A DNA stretch of 64,000 nucleotides from Eledone cirrhosa (GCA_964016885.1 OZ024743.1:241986001-242050000), one strand, 5' to 3'. Shown: positions 1-12,000, counted from the first letter of the stretch. Numbers and translations are program-made. The notes: generated by a model from the letters alone, not told the origin.

Positions 1-3000
1 ACCCGGGCGCCCGTGTCTGTAGAGCCTTTCTCGAACGGGTAAAGCCCCTCGGTAGCACTGCCAGGCCAGGGACTTCTGGAAGTTGTCCATAGGTCCCGGG
101 CTGAATGTCCTACCGAACAGGCTGGCCAGTTCGTCCTCCTCCATGTTTAGGGCTTCTCCGAGGGCGTCGTCGCACCTGCTGCGTACCAGCCCTCTATAGA
201 ATGTTGCGGTGGAGTCTCCACTGATAACCGGATCCGCCTGCCAGAGGGCGGTGAGCGCCTGGGCACACTCAGTGTGCCAGGCGCCCAGTTTTCTCGGTCT
301 TTGCTTGACCCAGGATTGCAGCTCGGTGAGTGAGACGAGTCTGGGAAAGGTTCGTCTCACAAACGAGGCCCACACCGGTTGACCGGTGAGGAATACGTAG
401 AGGTGCCGTAGCCTTAATGCGTGTTTACGCATCATTAGCCACGGCAACCCCAGCCCTCCTTTCGAAGGGTGTTGACAGCAGATGGATCTCCTCACCATAG
501 GAGCCCGCCTCTTCCAAAGGAATTGGAAGAGTGCGCGCTCCATCTTGGTGAGGGTTTCCCTTGGGCAGGGCACTACGGTCAGGCGGTAGTAGATGACGGA
601 CGCTATGTAGGTGTTCGCCACCTCCGCCCGAGCTTTCAGGGATAGTTTGCAACTGGCCCACTTCTGGGTCAGTGCAAACACCCTGTTCGTAACCTCCGCC
701 CAGTTTTTCTCCACCTGGAGGTCCGGTCCGAACCAGACCCCGAGCAACTTCACCGGGCCCTCCGTCCAGCGTCCGACGACGCCATCGGAGGGCATCGGTC
801 TGCCCCTCCACGTGCCGAGTTGCAAACCGATCGACTTGTCCCGGTTCAGCTTAGCCACTGTGAACCTTTCGTACTCCTCCAGTAAGGTGCCGACCGCCTC
901 GATTTCGGAGGCCGTCGACACCATTACTGTCACGTCATCGGCGTAGGCCGACACCGCTTTCCGCAATCCCGGTTCCAAAGGAATGCCTTGCAACAACTCC
1001 ACCTTCCGCAGTAGTGGCTCGAGAGTCAACACATACAGAAGGGAGGAGAGAGGGCACCCCTGTCGGATGGACCGCGCGATTTTGAACGGCTCCGAGAGGT
1101 AGCCGTTCACCTTGACCCTAGAGCAGATGCGGCTGCTGTGCATAGCAGTGATCCAGCCCCTGAAAACGGGTCCGAAGCCTGCCGCCGCTAGCACCGCATC
1201 CAGGTAACCATGGTCGACCCTATCGAACGCCTTAGATTGATCCAAGTTGATCAGAGCCCCACCAAAGCTGGGTTCGTTCCCAACCCTCTCTATGATGTAT
1301 CGCATGAGGTGGAGGTTGTCATGGATGGACCTGGACGGGATAGCGCATGTCTGCGCATCTCCCACCAGGTTGCCCACGACAAGCGCCAACCTCTTTGCTA
1401 GCACCTTGGCCAAAATCTGTAACTCTGTATTTAGCAGAGTTATGGGCCTGAAGTTACTTATTTCGTCCCCCTTGTTCTCGTCCTTCCTCACTAGCGTGAC
1501 TACGCCCTTTGTCACAGCACAGGGAATTCTCCCGTTCTGTTGCCAGTTGCAGTAGACCGCCTCGAGGAGATCGGGGAACAAGTCCGGCATAGCTAGATAT
1601 AATTCGTAAGGAAGACCATCGAGACCCGGGGATTTGCGTTTGCCGCATTGGCCCAGCACGTCCTCTATCTCAGCGGCCGAAATCGGCTCCTCGCAGGACT
1701 TCGCCTCTCTGTCCGAGAGACGCGGCAGGCCGTCGAGGTATGGACCGAAGTCCACATTCCCAACCGGCTCCCCGCCCCTCCCGAACAGTCGGGCAAAGTG
1801 CCTTTGAAAGGCCTCACACATCTGCTTAGGCTCAAGAATCGCCCGTCCATCCAGGTCTCGCAAAGACCGGATAGTGGATTTAGTTCCACTGTTGGCCTCT
1901 GTCACGCGGGCCCAGCTAACAGCTTTGGTCCCCTCGTTCCCTAGAGCACGTATTTTACTTCGGACAACGCAGCCTTCGTGCTTCGCGTCGAAAAACTGGC
2001 TCAAAGCCGTTCTCGACGCTAGCACTCTGGCCACGTCGCCGCTTCTAATTGCCTCTTCTACTCTATCTATTAGCTCCCTTTCCTTCCTATTCCTATCCGC
2101 AGCTAGAACCTTACTAAATTCTATCGAGACTACTCTAATCTCTCTCTTTAGAGATACCCACCACCTGCTGTTGACGATCGCTCCAGTCAATCGTTCCTTA
2201 ACTAACGTACTAATCCGATCCCTGTAGGCTCTACTTGCCGGCAAGGACAAGTTGAGCTTCCAGTAACCGGGGCCCTGTCTATGCGTTCTATCAAGGTTGA
2301 CCATGCAGGTCACCAACTTGTGGTCTGAATAGCCAACCATGAGCATTTCTGGACAACTTAAAAAGTCCCTGTCCTTATTTCTAACTAAAAATCTATCTAG
2401 GTACGACCTAGATGATCCGCTGCGATTTGACCAAGACCAGGTTGGCACCGTCGGAAAATCTAGTCGAAATCTATCGGCCAGGTCAAATCGGCCGAGTAAC
2501 CCCTTGAGGCTGTTGCACCCCTCTCTGTCGGGACATGCCCCTGCATAGTCCCAACGTGCATCCAGGATACCATTCCAATACCCCACTAAAAGCAGGGAAC
2601 GGGACGTCCCTAGAAAAGACTCCAGACGCTGGAAAAAGTCGGGCCGCTCTGTCCCAAAAGGGGCATATGCGGCTACCAGCCTAAAGGCTCCACCTTCACC
2701 ACTGCCAAGGTCCAGCACCACCAGTCGACCCCCTGGGTCCAAGTGAACTATCTGTGTTGCAAGGCCCATATGTTTTTGCAGCAGAACGACAACCCCACCC
2801 CCACCTCCGGGCTGACAGAGAGATGTGTGCATCTCAAAGTCGTCAAAGGTGGGGGCTAGCTGTCGCATGCTGCTGGTCCGGGCCTCGCAGATAACCATCA
2901 CATTTATAGATTGTGACCTGAGGTCATTTAGAAGCATTGCTTGCTTCCAAGACGATCCCAGGCCACGCGCATTTAGACACCCTACTCTTAGCACAGCCAT
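1..3000 (-). CDS. Tx1 ORF2: apurinic-like endonuclease + reverse transcriptase + start of C-terminal zinc-binding region; partial, runs off window
   Basis: Hand-translated from ATG at 3000 with no stop down to base 1: MAVLRVGCLNARGL...ICEAR...AAYAP...VGYWNG...SYLDRF...YSDHK...GPGYWKLN...KSPGLDGLPYE...NFRPITLLN...DQSKAFDRV...RQGCPLS...AYADD...KLLGVWF...GGLGLP...LAWQCYRGALPVR. Confidence 0.95.
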   Translation of the reverse strand, partial: MAVLRVGCLNARGLGSSWKQAMLLNDLRSQSINVMVICEARTSSMRQLAPTFDDFEMHTSLCQPGGGGGVVVLLQKHMGLATQIVHLDPGGRLVVLDLGSGEGGAFRLVAAYAPFGTERPDFFQRLESFLGTSRSLLLVGYWNGILDARWDYAGACPDREGCNSLKGLLGRFDLADRFRLDFPTVPTWSWSNRSGSSRSYLDRFLVRNKDRDFLSCPEMLMVGYSDHKLVTCMVNLDRTHRQGPGYWKLNLSLPASRAYRDRISTLVKERLTGAIVNSRWWVSLKREIRVVSIEFSKVLAADRNRKERELIDRVEEAIRSGDVARVLASRTALSQFFDAKHEGCVVRSKIRALGNEGTKAVSWARVTEANSGTKSTIRSLRDLDGRAILEPKQMCEAFQRHFARLFGRGGEPVGNVDFGPYLDGLPRLSDREAKSCEEPISAAEIEDVLGQCGKRKSPGLDGLPYELYLAMPDLFPDLLEAVYCNWQQNGRIPCAVTKGVVTLVRKDENKGDEISNFRPITLLNTELQILAKVLAKRLALVVGNLVGDAQTCAIPSRSIHDNLHLMRYIIERVGNEPSFGGALINLDQSKAFDRVDHGYLDAVLAAAGFGPVFRGWITAMHSSRICSRVKVNGYLSEPFKIARSIRQGCPLSSLLYVLTLEPLLRKVELLQGIPLEPGLRKAVSAYADDVTVMVSTASEIEAVGTLLEEYERFTVAKLNRDKSIGLQLGTWRGRPMPSDGVVGRWTEGPVKLLGVWFGPDLQVEKNWAEVTNRVFALTQKWASCKLSLKARAEVANTYIASVIYYRLTVVPCPRETLTKMERALFQFLWKRRAPMVRRSICCQHPSKGGLGLPWLMMRKHALRLRHLYVFLTGQPVWASFVRRTFPRLVSLTELQSWVKQRPRKLGAWHTECAQALTALWQADPVISGDSTATFYRGLVRSRCDDALGEALNMEEDELASLFGRTFSPGPMDNFQKSLAWQCYRGALPVRERLYRHGRPG

Positions 3001-3212
3001 GTTGGTGGTATGGAGAAAAGGCACTTACCTCTCTGCGTCCCGGGAAACGGGCCGCTCAATTTCCATGCTGGTTGGGGATGGGTTGTTGGGTGGGGTGGTG
3101 GTTTGTGGAAGTGAAGGGGCATCGGTGTGTTGTGGGGTTGGGGTGTTTGTGGTTGAGTGGGTGTCGGGGGGGGGGGGGGGGGGGGGGATTTTTTTTACGA
3201 GGACGCGGTTGA

Positions 3213-4675
3213 TTAGTTTGGCGCAGGGGGGGGGCCCACGTCCTCCGTGAAATTTATTTTCAGTGTTTTGTACAAGTTCATTGGGACTTTTATCATTTTT
3301 AAATGAGGTAGTCCCACAGCAGTTATAAAGTTTGGCCCTTCAGTTTGGACCGAAGGGTTTGCTGAAATTGTTTTCCGTAATTCTTTGTTGTCTGTGTTCA
3401 TGTATGTGTATTGTAAGGTCTTTTTTTGTGTAGCAGTTAGTGTTGTGTGACAGGGAGGGGTGGTTTTTGTGTAGTTTGTGTTCTCTTGGGGGGGGGGGGG
3501 GTTAAAGTTAACATGTGTGTCTGTGGTGCGTCTCCTCTTCTTTCTTTTTACTTGTTGGAAGGGATCTTTTTCGTCTTGCGACGAAAGGGGTTCGTCTTCC
3601 TTGTTGGGTGGGAGGGGTATGTTTTCTGGTAGTGTTTGCGGTGTGTGTGTTTTTGTATTTGTTTTGGGTGGGGAGGGATTGGGTGGGACAGTATTCTGTG
3701 TTATTTTTTCACGTGTTTGTTGTTGTTGTTGTTGTGGTGGTGGTGGTGGGGTTGTTGGTTTATGTTGTTGTTGTTGTTGTGGTTGTTTTTGTTGTTGTAG
3801 TTGGGGTGGTGTTGGTGTTGGTAGCAGTGTTTTTTCTGTGTGAGCTGGGGAGGCAGCCCTCAGGTGACCTCTATTGCCACAGAGGTAACAGGAGGGACGC
3901 CTACCCTCCACAATAATGTTGAGGTGGGTACGGTCATCCAGCATGACGCGCTCAGGGATTTGGGCGATGCGTTCTGGCCTTATTTGGGTCAGAACTTCGA
4001 TGCTCGTTCCACTGAACGCGTCGCCGGATGCCTTCCCTATTGAAATGAGGTTGTCCTCGTCTAAATTGAGGAAACCGGTTAGTAACCACCAGTAGTTTAT
4101 GTTTGGGGTGATGGTGGTTATCCATATCCTCTGGGTTTTTTTACCCATGTAGGTGGGGAAGAAGGTGTAGTGTGTGGACCGAATTGGCGACACAGAGTAT
4201 TTTTTCGCCGCCAATTCGTCTTTCATCAATATGGATAAACTCCCATAGAGTTTATCCTTTTGTATAAAAGTGATGTCTCTCATCGCGTCTTTCAAGACTA
4301 ACTGAATTTCCGCTTGAGATGGTTGCGCTGGTTTTTTTGTTTTATTTAAAATTGTTCGGAATACGACAGTTCGTAATTCCGTCTGTTTTTTTAGTTCTGG
4401 AGGTGAATGTATAGAAAACGAACCGTTTTCGCCAAAAGATACATATTTCTTGGCTTTTTCCAGCATTTCTTTTGCTTTTGAAATATCTTCAAGCACATAA
4501 GCGACTGAAAATTTAGCCGTTTGTGCAAAAGATATTTTGTTTTCGCTTTGGATTTTAGTATTGTTTTGTTTCTCGTCGTTTGAGTTGTTTTCATCTTTGT
4601 TGTTGTTGTTGTCTTTCTCGTTTGGTGTGTGGATACTTGTGACGTTTGTGTTGTTGTTGTTGTCTTTATTGTTGC

Positions 4676-4706
<31 letters not shown>

Positions 4707-4883
4707 GTTTTCAAATTCTTGTGTAGTTGTGGCTACATCTAGTGGTCGGTCAACAGGTGAAGACAATTCTTCCTCTCTCTGACCTCTGCCTTTGGCATCT
4801 GCTGCTGTGACAGTGGCAGGGGGAAGCTGTGAGTATGACTTCCCCTTTCCTTCTTTGATTGATGGTGAAGATGCTTCAGCCAT
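3213..4883 (-). CDS. Tx1 ORF1 (gag-like nucleic-acid-binding protein with zinc knuckle)
   Basis: ORF-track 559-aa frame, first ATG at 4883. Knuckle CYLCGNRGHLRAAS, basic KRKKRRR motif, N/Q/P-rich tracts; homologous to copy 2 ORF1 fragments. Confidence 0.88.
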
Positions 4884-5114
4884 TTTTCTCAAAATAGGGT
4901 TTTTCGAAGTTTTTCGAAAGATAAAATGTTCACAATACTATTTCGCCTAAAGGCGCAGAATATTTTGAGAGACCGACCAGATCAAAATTTGACCTGGCAG
5001 TCCCTCTACAAAATGGTACAAAAATGAAAGTTTACAGTTTACAATTTTCGTATGAATTTAAACAAAAACTTACCGAGCGAGCTCAGCACATGAGTCCATC
5101 GTAAATAGTAGTAT

Positions 5115-5115
<1 letters not shown>

Positions 5116-5195
<80 letters not shown>
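5116..5195 (+). repeat. (GATA)n microsatellite flanking the Tx1 copy 1 5' end
   Basis: Perfect GATA run. Confidence 0.98.
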
Positions 5196-5196
<1 letters not shown>

Positions 5197-5459
5197 TCAA
5201 AATAAACAAACACCATCAATAACACCACCAACACCCTCTACACTCCCACTACCACTACCACAACACTACTACCTACATCGCCGCAACACCAACACACTCC
5301 ACCACCACATATTTTTACACTCCTGCCAAATGATTCAACAAAATTGCACCACCATAAAAAGAAAGATCTTCCCCACACCCCATGTGTTCAAAATGTGGGG
5401 GAGGGGATGGAGCACATGTTTTGTTTCAAAGTAAACAATATTGTAGTGGGATATATATA

Positions 5460-5809
5460 TAGAGAGAGAGAGAATTTGGTGGTCTAGTGAGAGGGAATTG
5501 TGAGAGAGAGAGTGGGAAGTATGTATGGGAATAAAGAGAAGGGGAAATAATTTGTTGGTCTAGTGAGAGAGGGGGTATTGTGAGAGTGAAAGAGAGTGAG
5601 GTATGTAGTAGAATATAGAGAGCGGGAGAGAATTCGTTGGTTTAGTGAGTGAGGGGGAATTGCGAGAGTGTGAGGTATGTAGTGGAATATAGAGAGGGAG
5701 AGAGTGTTTGTTGGTTTAGTAAGAGAGGGGAAATCAAGAGAGTGAAAGAACGTGAGTTATGTAGTGGAATATAAAGAGGGAGAGAGAATTTGGTGGTCTA
5801 GTGAGAGAG
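5460..5809 (+). repeat. Degenerate GA-rich minisatellite (~75-80 bp unit), left part
   Basis: Recurring TGGT(C/T)TAGTGAGAGAGGGGGAATTGTGAGAG...TATGTAGTGGAATATAGAGAG; continues at 10577-11285 on the other side of Tx1 copy 2. Confidence 0.85.
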
Positions 5810-5932
5810 TAATTTCTATTTATTTGCCACCAGGGCATCAAAGATTGGGACAAATACAAAGGGGGGAGTTTACATACATTTAAAAAGACGTGTAAAAAAC
5901 ATATAACAAATTAAATTTAACAATCGATGTCC

Positions 5933-8540
5933 TCAATAGGGAGGGGCGTTGACATGGGTCGCACACACCCCCGAAAAAAATGTGTCTGACCTCAGCACTT
6001 TCAACCTTGTCGACCATACAACCTCTTTCGCCATAGTTATCACACAGAGGAAAACCGCCTCTCCTTCGTTTTTGAAAGGGGGAGGCGGTTTGATTGTGAC
6101 AATGTTCTCGGTGGTCAACCGGATTGGTCCCACCCGCGACAGTAGTCGTTCTACATAGCCCCACACGTCAGCAACGCCCGGGCAGTGTACGAATGCGTGT
6201 GCGACGGTTTCCTCGTCACGCACGCATTTTGGACAGATCTTCTTCGAGAGGTCCCTACCCGGGCGCCCGTTACATCGTCCCATTTTTTCTCCACCTGGAG
6301 GTCCGGTCCGAACCAGACCCCAAGCAGCTTCACCGGTCCCTCCGTCCAGCGTCCGACGATGCCGTCGGAGGGCATCGTTTTGCCCCTCCACGTCTCGAAT
6401 TGCAAACAGACGGACTTGTCCCGGTTCAGGTTGGCTCCTGTGAACCTTTCATATTCCTCCAGTAAGGTGCCGATGTGCCCGATTTCCGAGGCGCAAGACA
6501 CCATTACTGTCACGTCATCGGCGTAGGCCGACACCGCTTTGCGCAATCCCGGTTCCAAAAGGATGCCCTGCAACAGCTCCAGCTTCTGCAGTAGTGGCTC
6601 GAGAGCCAGCACATACGGAAGGGAGGAGAGAGGGCATACCTGTCGGATGGATCGCGTGATTTGGAACGCCTCCGAGAGGTAGCCATTCACCTTGACCCTT
6701 GAGCAGGTGTTGCTGCTGTGCACCGCAGCAATCCAGCTCCTGAAAACGGGTCAGAAGCCTGCCGCTGCGAGCACCGCATTCAGGTACCGATGGTTGACCC
6801 TATCGAACGCCTTAGATTGATCCAAGTTGATCAGGGCCCCACCAAAGCCGGGTTCGTTCCCTACCCTCTCTACGATGTATCGCATGAGGTGGACCTGGAC
6901 GGGATTGCGCATGTCTGCGCTTCTCCCACCAGGTTCCCGACAACAAGCGCCAACCTCTTCACTAACACCTTGGCCAAAATCTTTAACTCTGTGTTTAGCA
7001 GAGATATGGGCCTGAAGTTATCTATGTCATCCTCCTTGTTCTCGTCCTTCCTCACCAGTGTGACTACGCCCTTGGTCACAGAACTGGGAATTCTCCCGTT
7101 CTGTTGCCAGTTGCAGTAGACCGCCTCGAGGAGACCGGAGAACAAGCCCGGCATCGCTACATAAAGTTCGTATGGTAGACCATCGAGACCCGGAGATTTG
7201 CGTTTGCCGCATTGGCTCAGCGCTTCCCCTATTTCAGCGGCTGAAATCGGCCTCTCGCAGGACTTCGCCTCCCCGTCCGAGAGCCGCGCCAGACCGTCGA
7301 GGTATGAACCGAAATCCATGGCCCCACCCGGCCCGCCGTCCCTCCTGAACAGTCGTGCAAAGCGCCGTTGAAAGGCCGCGCTCATCCGCTCAGGTTCAAG
7401 GATCACGCGTCCACCCTGGTCCTTCAAAGACCGAATCGTGGACTTGTTTCCACTTTTTGCCTCTGTCACTCGGGCCCAGCTAACGGCTTTGGCTCCCTAG
7501 TTACACAGAGCACGTATTTTACTCCTGACAACGCAGCGCTCGTCTAGGGTCGCCTTAACGCCAGCACGCCGGCCACGTTGCCACTCCTAATCGCCTCTTC
7601 TACTCTATCTATTAATTCCCTTTCAGTTCTGTTCCTATCTGATGCTAATTCCTTACTAAAACCTATCGATTCTATTCTAATTTCTCTCTTGAGAGAGCCC
7701 CACCACCTGCTGTTGACAATTGCCCCCGTCAACCGCTGATTAACTAGTGTGCTAATCCGCTTACTGTAAGTTTTGTTTGTCGGCAAAGACAAGTTTAGCT
7801 TCCAGTAACCGGGTCCCTGTCTATGAGTTCTATCAAGGTTGACCACTCCGGTCACCAACTTGTGATACGAATAGTCAACCATGAACATTCGTGGACAGCT
7901 TAATATGTCCCTATCCTTATTTCTAACTAGGAACCTATCTAGGTACGACCTAGATGTTCCGCTACGATTAGTCCACGTCCACAGTGACACAGTTGGAAAA
8001 TCCAGTCGATATCTATCGGCCAGATCAAATCGGCCGATTAATCGTTTAAGGCTGTTACACCCCTCTATCGGGACATGCCCCTACATAGTCCAAACGTGCA
8101 TCCAGGATACCAATCCAGTCCCCCACTAAAAGCAAGGAGCGAGACGTTCCCAGGAAATTCTCCAGGCGTCGGAAGAAGTCCGGTTGCGGTGTCCCAGATG
8201 GGGCATACGCTGCCACCAGCCTGAAAGCTCCACCTTCACAACTGCTGACGTCTAAAACCATCAGCCGACCCTCCGGGTACAGGTGTACCTTCTGTGTGGC
8301 AAGACCCCGGTATTTTCGCAGCAGAACGACAACCCCACCGCCACCCCTCGGCTGACAGAGAGATGCGTAGATCTCAAAGTCGTCAAAGATGGGGGCCAGT
8401 TGGCGCTCGCTGCTGATCCTGGACTCGCAAATAACCATTACATACACTCTGTGCGACCTGAGGTCATTTAAGAGTTTGCTCTGTTTCCAGGACATCCCCA
8501 GGCCGCGTGCATTCACACATCCAACTCTTATATTGGCCAT
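5933..8540 (-). pseudogene. Tx1 copy 2 ORF2 pseudogene (APE-RT-CCHC)
   Basis: Fragments MANIRVGCVNARGL, SYLDRF, KSPGLDGLPYE, AYADD, CPKC...ETVAHAFVHC lie in different frames; internal deletions near 6270 and 5985. Confidence 0.92.
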
Positions 8541-8581
8541 GTTGGTGCTGAAGAGTTAAAAGGAAGAGGAAAGGAAATTAC

Positions 8582-10380
8582 TTACCTCTTCGTCTCCTGG
8601 GGACCAGGCTGCACAATTTCCATGTGGGTGTTGAAAGGGTTGTTTGGTGGGTGGTGGTTTGTGGTGGGGTGAGGACATCAGCGTGTGGTGGGATTAGGGT
8701 GTTTGGTGGGGTGTGGGTGTCTGGTGTGGGAGTGGGGAAACATCTCAATAGGACGCTGTTATGTGGTTCGGTGCAGGTGGTCCCCACATGCATTGGATGG
8801 TTCTTTTTCAGAGTTACATAGGTTTCCGTTGGGACCCTAATCACCATTAGGTGCGGTTTGTTCGCTGCGTAGGTGAAAGTGATCCCTTCGGTTTCCACCG
8901 AAGGGTTATTGTCTATTGCTTTCATCAAAGTTTTATTGTTCTTGTTAATGTATGTATAGAGTTTTTGTTGTGTTGTGTTAAATTTTGTTTTTGTTTGTTG
9001 TTCTTGTGCGTGTTTGCGTTTTGTAGTATGTGTTATGTTTTCGGGAGGGGTGGGTTTTTTATTTGTGATGTTTGTTCTGTTTGTGCTGGTGGTTGTGTGT
9101 TTGTTGCATTTTTGTTAATGTGGTGCCTTATTTTTTTCCTTTTCACCTGTTGAAAGGGTTCTCCCTCGTCGTCACTGGGTGACGTTGATACGGAGTCCTC
9201 TTCCGTGTTGTTGGGGAGGGGTATATTTTGGGGTTTTGTTGTGGTTGCTTTTGTATTTGTTTTAGGTGGGGAGGGGTTGGGTGGAACAGTGTTTTGTGTT
9301 GTTATTTTTCCGTGTTGTGGTTGTTGTTGTTGTTGTTGTGGTGGTGGTGGTGGTCGTCGTCGTGTTGTTGTGTTCGGGGTTGGCAGAAGAGCCTTTTTTA
9401 TTTTACTCGTTAATTGAGGACAGGCAGCCCTAAGTGACCCCTGCTTAAGCAGTGGTAACATGACGGCCGCCTTCCCTCCACTGAAATGTTTATATAAGTT
9501 AGCCCGTCCAGAGGCACGCGTTGTGGGATATTCGCTATTCGTTCTGGGCTCATTTGCACCAGAACTTCTACGCTGGTCCCACCAAATACACATCCAGAGG
9601 ACTTTCCTACTGAAATTATCCTGTCTTCATCAAAGTCAATGAATCCACATAGTATCCACCAAATATTTACATTTGGTGTGATACTCATAATTTTTATTCT
9701 TTGTGTCTTTTTTCCCCTGTATGTGGGGAAAAAGGTGAAGCGGAGGGACACAATGGGTGATACAGAATATGTTTGTGCTGTTGGCTGGTTATTCATTAGC
9801 AGTTTTACTTTTTGGATGAAGGTTATGTCCTTCATTGCATCTTTTAGAACCAGCTCAATTTCATTTTGTGATAATTGAGCTGGTTTTCTTGTTTCGTTCG
9901 ATATTGTCCTGAAAACCACAGTTTTCAGGACAGCCTCTCTACGTAATACCTGTGGAGAATTGATGCTAAAAGCACCGTTTTCGCCAAAAGTCACGAATTG
10001 TTTTGCGTCTTGTAGTAGTTGTTTAACATTTCTTATGTCAATTGGCGTGTATAGTTCGTTTTTTTTACAGTCTGTGCGAACGTTGTTTTGGTGTTGTTGT
10101 CTTTTTTGTTGCTGTTGTTGTTGTCACTGTTGGTGATATTGTTCATGTTTTCCTTGGTGTTGTTATTGTTGCAGTTGTTCGTTGTGGTGTTATTGTCATT
10201 GTTCTTGTTGTTGGTGCTGGTATTATTTACCGGGTTTGGTTCCGTGGTTTCAATATTTTCAACGTTTTTCGATATTGCGCCGGGGGAAGGCTACAAGCTT
10301 TGTACTACTACCTTCCTTCCACCACTTTTCTTAGTGAACGTGGTACTCACGACAGTGTGCGAGGTTGAAATGGCATCCAT
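8582..10380 (-). pseudogene. Tx1 copy 2 ORF1 pseudogene
   Basis: Frames 9410..9994, 9033..9593 and 8578..8928 align to copy 1 ORF1 (FGENGAFSI, LKDAMKDITFIQK, EGRRPSCYHC, QNTVPPNPSPPKTNTK). Confidence 0.88.
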
Positions 10381-10576
10381 TGTTGACTACCAAGTCTACA
10401 CAGTTTTGAGATGAAAATGAAAATTTCGCCCCAGAAAGGGGAGAAAATTAGTTGACTCAACGTCTGAAGGCCCAGGCAAGGGGTTAAACTAAACAATGGT
10501 AATAAATTGAACAATGAACTCACAGTTTTTTTAAACAATAATCCGTAAAAATCCGGAGCGAAGTAATACACGTCTA

Positions 10577-11285
10577 TGTTGGTTTAGTGAGAGAGGGGGA
10601 ATTATGAGAGAGAAAGAGAGAGTGTGTGTGTGTGTAACATGTAGTGAGATATATAGAGGGGGAGAGAATAAGGTGGTCTAGTGAGAGAGGGGGAATTGTG
10701 AGAGTGAGTGAGATATTTAATGGGAAATAGAGAGCGGGAGAGAATTTGTTGGGTTAGTGAGAGAGGGGGAATTAAGCGAGTGAAACACGGTGAGTTATGT
10801 AGTGGAATATAGAGAGGGGGAGAGAATCTGGTGTTTTAGTGAGAGAGAGGGAATTGTGAGAGAGAGAGAGAGTGTGTGTGGCATGTAGTGAGATATAGAG
10901 AGGGGAAGGGAATAATGTGGTCTAGTGAGAGAGGAGGAATTGTGAGAGTGAGTGAGGTATTTAGTGGGAGAGAATGTGTTGGGTTAGTGAGAGAGGGGGA
11001 ATTAAGTGAGTGAAACACGGTGAGTTATGTAGTGGGATATAAAGAGAGGGAGAGAATCTGGTGTTTTAGTGAGACAGTGTGGGGTGTGTAGTGTGATATA
11101 GAGAAAAGCAAAGAGTTTGGTAGTATAGTGAGAGAGGGATAATTTTGAAAGTGTTACAGAGTGAAGCATATATTGGGATATAGTGAGGGGGTGAAACCTT
11201 GGCGGTCTAGTGAGAGCGTGGGAAGTATGAGTGTGATAGAAAGTGAGGTATGTAATGATATATAGAGAGGGGAGATAATTTGGAC
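10577..11285 (+). repeat. Degenerate GA-rich minisatellite, right part
   Basis: Same unit as 5460-5809. Confidence 0.85.
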
Positions 11286-11762
11286 CCACTCTGCATGCAC
11301 AAATTAGCAATTATTGAGAACGCTCACATACATAGCGACTTTCCCATGTATGTACTACGGAACGATATATAACATCGTACACAACGTCAATGCTACACGT
11401 AAGAAAGCACACACATATTTACAATCACAACATATTGGCACATATCCAAATTGTTCATACATCCTTGCTTTCAGAATATCCCTTTCTGTGGTCGGCTATC
11501 TCATCTCCGTGGATAATCTATTAACTGTCCACCGGATTATACTTGAAACATCCTGACTTTCACTACTGTCACATCATCATCTATATTTTTTTTTTAAATG
11601 CAGTCTTATGTTTTCATTCTAATACAGCATTAGGTTTGTACGATTTCTTTTGCACATATGGATGTCTGCGTATATGTGCATATATATGTATATATATATA
11701 TATATATTTCGTTTCTGAATTTGTTTAGCAAGATTCTTTATCTGAAAACGTGTTGAAACCGA

Positions 11763-11908
11763 TATTATTATACTTTGGAAGGGTCATGTTGCCAATAAGA
11801 AACACATGCACCAGTTGCATTCACTTCAATTTATAATAAATTAAAGTGAAAGCAGCTGGTGCATGTGTTTCTTATTGGCAACATGACCCTCCCAAAGTAT
11901 AACAATAT
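11763..11908. repeat. Fold-back inverted repeat (~70-bp arms)
   Basis: TTATACTTTGGAAGGGTCATGTTGCCAATAAGAAACACATGCACCAG and its near-perfect reverse complement. Confidence 0.9.
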
Positions 11909-11916
11909 ATATATTT

Positions 11917-11958
<42 letters not shown>

Positions 11959-11961
11959 CAG

Positions 11962-12000
<39 letters not shown>

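Larger units (their letters stand above)
1..5100 (-). mobile_element. Tx1-clade non-LTR retrotransposon, copy 1 (5' end present, 3' end beyond window start)
   Basis: Two-ORF layout (ORF1 with zinc knuckle; ORF2 APE-RT). 5' end near 5100 abuts (GATA)n at 5116-5195 and resembles the copy 2 5' end (GGACTCATGTGCTGAGCTCGCTC vs AGACGTGTATTACTTCGCTCC). Confidence 0.92.
5810..10576 (-). mobile_element. Tx1-clade retrotransposon, copy 2: both ends present but decayed
   Basis: ORF1 and ORF2 homologues broken into several frames; 3' end reads GGCAAATAAATAGAAATTA; possible 19-bp TSD TG(G/T)TGGT(C/T)TAGTGAGAGAG at 5791-5809 and 10577-10595. Confidence 0.92.

Noticed and set aside
611-8471. Plus-strand ORFs overlapping Tx1 ORF2
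   Set aside because: Antisense shadows of a GC-rich coding frame; no independent motifs.
3023-8587. Conserved AG|GTAAGT splice-donor-like motif before ORF2 in both Tx1 copies
   Set aside because: Better explained as the ancestral ORF1 Arg-stop (AGG TAA); the implied intron in copy 2 would be only 38 nt and copy 1 lacks the acceptor.
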